Assembly (NCBI RefSeq): GCF_009914755.1
Contig: NC_060944.1
DNA: 64,000 nt
Strand: one strand, 5' to 3'
Source: the human T2T-CHM13v2.0 reference genome, Homo sapiens
The translations under genes were made by a program, and so were the position numbers. Shown piece after piece: positions 57,379-64,000 of this stretch. The notes below the pieces were generated by a model, which was not told where the DNA came from, ran no database searches, and saw nothing but the letters and a program-made list of their open reading frames with translations. Each line of letters starts with the position of its first letter. The first letter of the stretch is position 1.

Positions 57379-57798
57379 ACACACTCTTTATCTTGCAAAG
57401 AACCAACTGGAAGAAGTACTAAAGACAGGATACATCTCTAACCACCAACAGTGACCCTGGCAGTCTTAACTCTTTCCTGTCAGCACTGTCATCTTTGGGG
57501 TATATAGACATCAGCTGCTCCATTCCCTTCTTCCCTAGCTCTCAGGTCCTTATCATTCCCTGAAATCTCCCTGAATACACCCCAGGTCTGTGGGGCTCTT
57601 AGGCAAACACCTCTGCTTCTGAGTAGCAGGTCCACTGCTTCGTGTGCTAGTGGTCCTGGAAACCCTCCCTCACAGCTGCCTCCTGTACTTTTTTAATTCC
57701 TTAAAATAGCCAGAAACCTTTCCCATCAACACTTTAAATCACCTTGAATAGGATGCCCCTATGTACCAGACTCCTAGCCTGGCAGTCCCATCACCCAC

Positions 57799-57950
57799 TC
57801 CCTCCCTCCCTCCCTCCCTCCCTCCCTCTTTTTCTCCCTCCCTCCCTCCCTTCCTTCCTTCCCTCCCTTCCTTCCCTCCCTTCCTTCCTTCCCTCCCTTC
57901 CTTCCTTCCCTCCCTCCCTCCTCCCTTCTTTTCTTCCTTTTCTCTCCCTG
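57799..57950. repeat. (CCCT)n/(CCTT)n microsatellite
   Basis: Pure pyrimidine tetranucleotide array. Confidence 0.95.
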
Positions 57951-57959
57951 TACCCCAGA

Positions 57960-58330
57960 ACTTCTGACCTCTGTGTGGCCACTCTCTTTGCCTACAGTGC
58001 TTCCTCACTCTCCCACTCACTCCTCTTCTCCTAATGAATTCGTTCTCTTTCTTCAGAGGTCAGTTCAATTGCTTCTTCAAGGAAGCCCTCCCTGACTTCT
58101 CTAAGTCAGATCTTCCTAGTAAATGATCTCATAGCACCATACCCCTCCCCATTGTACAATTTTACATGTGGGTGATTATTTGATTAACGTCTCCATTCAC
58201 CACCAGATGTAACTCCTAACAGATGAGAATAGTTTGTGATTTTTGCTCACAGAAATTCCAGTGGAATTCCTCGCATCTAGCATTTTCCCTGACACTTAGA
58301 AGGTGTGCAATAACTATCTGTTGGATGTAA
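57960..58330 (+). mobile_element. L2 3' end
   Basis: cttcttcaaggaagccctccctgac...gcatctagcattttccctgacacttagaaggtgtgcaataactatctgttgga. Confidence 0.65.
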
Positions 58331-58354
58331 TCATGAGAACAATTCCATTTATCA

Positions 58355-59123
58355 AAAGTCGTTATTCTGTTTCACCCAAAACTGGGTGTACTACAATAAA
58401 ATTTGAATGCTGACCACCTGGAGTTATTTTGCATCAGGTCCCACAAGTTACAGGCTGAGTCCCCCACAGCACTGCCTCCACTTCAGATGCCAGCCCCACT
58501 TCAGGGGCCCCCAGGCCACCCACACTTCAGACTGACTATAAGTTTGGGGTTCCTATGACCCCCTCAGATTTGGTAATTCACTACAATGACCCACAGAACT
58601 CAGGAACATGCTACACTTATGATGACAGTTTTATTATGAAGGATATAGATCAGGAACAGCCAAATGAAGGGATGCACAGAGCAAAGTTAGAGGGATGCAG
58701 AGCTTCTCTCCCTGTGGAATCGGGAGGCATTTGCCCGACACATCTGTGCTTTCACCAACAATGAAGCTCCACTGAGCTTTGGCCTAGAGTTTTTACTGGG
58801 GTTTCATTATATAGGCATAATTGAGTAAATTATTGGCTACATCTTTGAACTCAATCTTCAGCCTCTCTCCCCTCCTCAGAGGTCCCTCTGACCCAAATTT
58901 CCAATCTCTCCTTCCTTCCTTCCTTCCTTCCTTCCTTCCTTCCTTCCTTCCTTCCTTCCTTCCTTCCTTCCCTCCCTCCCTCCCTTCCTCCCTCCCTCCT
59001 TCCTTTCCTGAGTCACCTCATTAGCATAGCAAAGATACTTCTCTCACTCAGGATGTTGCAAGGGTTTTTGAAACTATGCCAGGAACTAGGGATAAAAACT
59101 AGATATATCATTTATTATTCCAC
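58355..59123 (-). mobile_element. MER21-family LTR containing a (TTCC)n expansion at ~58910-59008
   Basis: cacttcagatgccagcc...ttggggttcctatgaccccctcag...acagaactcaggaa...ttattattccaca. Confidence 0.8.
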
Positions 59124-59169
59124 AATCATAAACAAAATTACAGCAAAACAATGCTGTTTTGTTTCATTA

Positions 59170-59770
59170 AAACTGGGGGAATTTGGGACATTTCAATGAC
59201 AGTGGGAGTGGGGAGAGGGAAGCCCTCTCTAGCACGACTGGTGGGAGGTAAGTTGATCAAAACCTCTATTATGGAAGCAACCTGGAAATATGTACTGAGT
59301 CTTAACATGTTTATACCCTTCCCCAGTAACCCATAATTTGGAATCTATAATAGGGAAGCATCCAGAAATATACAGGAAGATTTATCTGCAAGTATGTTTG
59401 TCACAGTGTTATTTATTATATGAAAAAAATGAAAATGTCAAATTCCAGTGATAATAAAATGTTAAAGTTCCTTCTAAGTGTCAGGAAAAATGCTCTAGGA
59501 TGAATAAATTATGGCAACTTCACACAATGAAATAATATGTGTCTATTAAAAGCATTCCACAGATGATTAATGACAGAGGAGCATGTTTTAGCATACTATT
59601 AAGTAAAAAAAAAACACAAGATTTTAAAATCTGTGTAGTTTAATATTAATAGTGGCTAATTCTTGGAGATAACATTGTGGGTGATTATTATTTTTTAATA
59701 TTTTTCTGCCATTTCTGTAATGATTGTATTATTTTTATAATCAGAAAAAATGACATTGTAAAGAAAACCC
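59170..59770 (+). mobile_element. L1ME-like 3' fragment
   Basis: gcaagtatgtttgtcacagtgttatttatt...aataaattatggc...gtgggtgattattatttt. Confidence 0.6.
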
Positions 59771-60504
59771 CTCTTCAACCACTCGGGGCCTAGTTGAATA
59801 CAGCTATGAATTATAATCACAAATTATTCTTTCTCATTCATTAAAGTACATCTGGCAAGACCTTTACTTGGCACCAGTTCCTTCGACATTAATTTAAGAG
59901 ACCAGTTTATAGCTGAGAACAATAAAGCTTCCAATCTTTCCAAATTTCATGTGAGTTTTCACAAGCTGTCCCTCTCCATAATTTGTTCAGAATTATGAAA
60001 TTTTTGCCTGCTCTCATCTCTGGCAAGCTCACAGGAATACGTGACAGTCAGTGCTTGGCAGAACATGTCTTCTGCAGCTGGAGCCCCTCAACCCACTTAG
60101 CTCTGGAAGGCAATTAAAGCGTGGTTTGATGATAAGCCCCTATCTTTTATCACCCGCCTATGGTCCCTGGGGAGCCCTTAGAGCCACATCCTGGAATCAC
60201 TTTCAGGGAGCTCCTGTCTACCTTCTCTAAAAGGCACACTCCTATTGATGGCACCAATCTTTTCTTGTAGCTCTGTTTCAGAGCAGGTGCCCTTCCAAAT
60301 CAGACTCAGGTTTTCAAGAACAAACTTGTCCTCCTGACCTCAGCCCTCTGTAGAGGGGAGCCACGTCTCCTTGACATGACTGAGAACTCCCCACAAAGAA
60401 CTGTTTTTTCAATTAAAGTATGAATTTCCTAAAGCATCTCAACAGCGTAGACATTCCCTAAGGGAAGCAAGTGGCCCCCAAACCAGATTGGGGTCCCCCC
60501 AAAG

Positions 60505-61359
60505 TAGTGGGATACTAAGAATGGGTGGTGGGAGGTGGGAGTGGTTTACCCAGGTAAAGGCAGTAAAGGGGTGTATTGTCTGTAGAGAATATCAAATCAA
60601 TGCTAAAAAGGTGCTTTTTATTATCATGTGTGCCAACAATTCTAAACAAGGCCCGTGATACAATTCTTCTCCTCAAAAAAATCATTTGTTAGACCACTTT
60701 CTAAACAATGGCGATGATTGCTATTGAGTTTTAATAATGCATATGTAAGCCTCTTATTAGTACATTTTTATTATCCTTCATAAACATTGTATTCTACACA
60801 GGAGTTAATTTGAAGCGCTCCCAGTTATAGAGTCAGCTTCGACACATAGGTGGGCTCAGCCTCACCCATTCATTTCAAAAGTTGGCTCTAAAAGTTGCAG
60901 ATAGTTTGAACTGACTTCCAGCATTGTTCTCGTACCCAACACTGTTGGCTCTCCATGTTCCTGTATTTCAACAGTAGATTCAAAATAACAATCATAGCAC
61001 AGTGACTCTAAAGAGTACAAAACCAAATGAGTTATTTCAATTGTCATTTTATGAAACCACTCGGAGTTGTACGTGTGTTTAAATTTTAAAATAGTAAAAC
61101 AGTTTACAAACATCAAGGGGTCATGTTTTTGTTTGATACATGCAAATTTTAATTCGTACATGAAATATGTTACCAAATTTGAATAATGTTTTTAAAGTGC
61201 AAATCTAGTATTTTTTATTTTTTTTAAACTAAAGAATAAATCAAGAAAATGGTAATTATTACTGATGAGTACATGATTGCTACTGAAAAAAATTGTTGCT
61301 AGAGGAGAAGTTTTAAAAATGATCTGTTTGGGGTTTCAAATGTACAAGGTATACCATTG
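60505..61359 (+). mobile_element. hAT-Tip100 DNA transposon relic (Arthur1-like)
   Basis: ggggtgtattgtctgtagagaat...ttttattatca...caattctaaacaa; degenerate TIRs tagtgggatac / gtataccattg. Confidence 0.6.
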
Positions 61360-61549
61360 TCACAAGTCACAGATTCATGGCCTCTTGTTACTTTCTGTTA
61401 GTCTGGAAGCCACTACCATTTCCTAAATTCAAAGAATCAAGGAAAAGACAGGTTCTGATTTCTTATACTTTCAAAATTTGGAAATGCTGACCAAATATTC
61501 AATGATGGGTTGTCCTAGGCATGTTAATTTGGCTGGTGTGTTGAGGTTA

Positions 61550-61720
61550 ATACTAGCATGGGGCTTGGAGAAGGATAGACCTGGGTGTTAAGCCGATTTA
61601 CTGGTGTTCTGATTTTAGACAAGTCATGTATCCTATCTAAACCTCAGTTTTCTCATCTGTAAAATGGGAACTTAATAATGCTTAGCATAGTGTTCATGAA
61701 CATTAGGAAAACAACACAGT
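61550..61720 (+). mobile_element. MIR
   Basis: gatagacctgggt...cctcagttttctcatctgtaaaatggga. Confidence 0.8.
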
Positions 61721-62454
61721 ACAACTACAAATAATATGAAGAAGAAAGAGGAAGAGCACACACAAATTTTTTAAATAACCAATCTACATGAAATTAGTCT
61801 CACATTTCTTCTACTTAAAGAAATTTTCTGTTTTCTAACCCTAGACATATGCCACATCTCTAATTACTCCAGTTTATTTTAAAACTGTCATCATACGAGC
61901 ATGCTTTACAGAAAGTAGTAATTCTATGAAAAGCAATTTACAAATCCTAATACTGCTTGGTTCCTAATACCACATGGTAGAAAAGTGGGAGGTATTTTAA
62001 CAACACTAAAACATCATAGAATCCCAAAGCAAACTCTTACTCTTCCTGGGCATCCCTAGTCCCTTATGGCAAAGGCCTGTGAGCATACTGAACTACAGAA
62101 GCCAGTGCCCACCTGCCTTACAAAGAGCAGGACATTTCATCAGCCTCAGAATAGGCTATGCTACAACTTGAGCCTAATTCAAAGACATAAACTTTCTCCA
62201 AAATTTACCGAAGCAAAACCCTTTCTCTGCATTTTAACATTATCTCCAATGTTCTCCCAAGTCGACCTTTCCTTAACTGTAACAATCTACTTTCCCTTAA
62301 TAACCAGAACTCATCCACTTTTTTAAAGGATTTCTGTCCCTCCGTGCCATTAACCCATGTATTCTCCCTGGCCCCTCATTACCACAGCCTCATCGAAGTC
62401 TGACATCTGTTACTGAAACTCTCATGTCGCACAGATCTGTATATACCTATGGAC

Positions 62455-62582
62455 AAGGTGACCGCACATTTCAGTTTGCTGGGTCAGTCCTGGCTCCAGT
62501 ATGTTGTTTCAGACAGTTATTCACAGTGCCCCCTTTTTTCTCAAAAGCATCTCAGTGTGAGTAGTAAGTTACATGTTGCCCT
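62455..62582. mobile_element. MER94-like (hAT-Blackjack)
   Basis: aggtgacc...cagtgcccccttttttctcaaaag...gttgccct. Confidence 0.65.
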
Positions 62583-62679
62583 ATCTATAGAGAAGAATAA
62601 GTCTCTGTCCTCAATTTTCATAAAGAACTGTAAATATCCCCTAAGTATCCTCTAAGGTTGTTTAAAAAAGAGAATTAGA

Positions 62680-62989
62680 GGCCAGGTGCAGTGACTCACG
62701 CCTGTAATCCCAGCACTTTAAGAGACTGAGGTGGGCGGGTCACCTGAGGTCAGGAGTTTGAGACCAGCCTGGCCAACATGGTGAAACTCCATCTCTACAA
62801 AAATACAAAAATTAGCCGGGCATGATGGCAGATGCCTGTAATCCCAGCTACTCAGGAGGCTGTGGTGGGAAAATCACTTGAACCCAGGAGGCAGAGGTTG
62901 AAGTGAGCCTGAAATCACACCACTGCACTCCAGCCTGGGTGACACAGCAAGACTCCATCTCAAAAAATATATATATATTAAAAAAAAAA
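62680..62989 (+). mobile_element. AluS
   Basis: Dimer; tail with (AT)n; TSD-like aaaaaagagaattaga / aaaaaaggagttaga. Confidence 0.96.
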
Positions 62990-64000
62990 GGAGTTAGAAA
63001 GACACTTCTCCATCATAAAAATTCTAAGCTGAGAAGACAAAAAGATCAAAGGAAGAGAGTTAAGACTTGGTGGAGCCTGCAACTCCCAAGCACTTGTAGG
63101 ATACAGATTTCTGATCCTGGCTTTTAGCAGATAACAAAAACTGACTTGATTTTTGAGTGGAAGTGGTAGGAGGTGGTGAGTTACAGCCTGTTTCGTAGTT
63201 CAGCCTTTCTGGGATGTCTCCTGATGCCACACAGATGCTCCAGCTTTTGGTTCAAGAGAAATTAGAGTTAGATCCACTCCCCAGGAAAGTGAAAGCCTCA
63301 GCCTTTCTAGAACCATTGTCTGGTTTTGACTAGATCTCCAGGGCACAAAGGGGCTGCCAGTCCTGGCTATAGGAAGATGTCCTGCCTCTCCCAAGTGTCC
63401 CCAGGCTACACTGCTTGCTGGCTCTGCTCCACCTTATCCCTGGCACCTCCAGAGCCTGAGTTCTTTCCTGGGGTCCGGGCTGCTCTGCATAGACCCTTTG
63501 GGCCATTGCTGGGATGTCGGGTCTCAAACCTCTTCTCTACATCAGTGTTCCACAACATCCTTTGAGAGGCTCTGTGATAAAGTCCCTGAAAAAAATGCAC
63601 TTTCAAAACCTGCCTTTTGGAGATTGACAGTGCATAATCACTTATAAAATGTTCCAGGAAGAACTACAACAAAGAAGCATGTTAAATGTTTACCTCAGTG
63701 TTCCCTGTATTTTTCACTATAGAATCCCCTCATGTTTTCTGTACGCCTAATATCCCCCAATATTATGCTTCGGGAAATTCCACTCTGGTTTCTCTCTCTT
63801 CTGTTAAGTTTGGTTAAAATAGAATCACTCTCCAGCTGCTAAGGTGGTTTCTAGGCTCTTATGAGATCAGAGGTCTCTTAACCTTTTATTCGAAGTCAGC
63901 GTTTATTGCAAAAGGCCACTGGCCTGATGCTGAACAGCATCTTTCCCTGGCATTTATCAGTGTCACGGCAGCTGTCCCCAACAGCCAGATTCCCTATATC

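Noticed and set aside
57739-58034. Long low-complexity ORFs on both strands (also 5383-5688, 57119-57406)
   Set aside because: Artefacts of stop-free microsatellite or purine tracts

Overview
Primate (almost certainly human) nuclear genomic DNA: CpG-depleted, no CpG island, densely populated by Alu (14 copies), old L1 and L2/MIR fragments, many solo LTRs (LTR16-like, MLT1, MST, THE1, MLT2, MER21, MER4, LTR8) and DNA-transposon relics (MER5, MADE1, MER94-like, a hAT-Tip100-like element). I could not identify any protein-coding gene; the ORFs in the track are repeat-derived or chance ORFs. The window reads as intergenic or intronic/lncRNA territory, and I cannot name the locus. Repeat family names come from my recall of consensus sequences, not from a RepeatMasker run, and boundaries of old elements are approximate. 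The most interesting signals are: (i) local rearrangement scars (a 47-bp templated copy 2 kb from its source, a 100-nt hairpin-containing insert bracketed by 16-bp direct repeats, two L1 inversions whose breakpoints re-join the L1 consensus, a monomerised Alu, an 'empty' TSD-like duplication); (ii) a chain of minus-strand exon-like segments suggesting a spliced non-coding transcript; (iii) immune-type TF motif clusters. I found no evidence strong enough to claim a new biological system.
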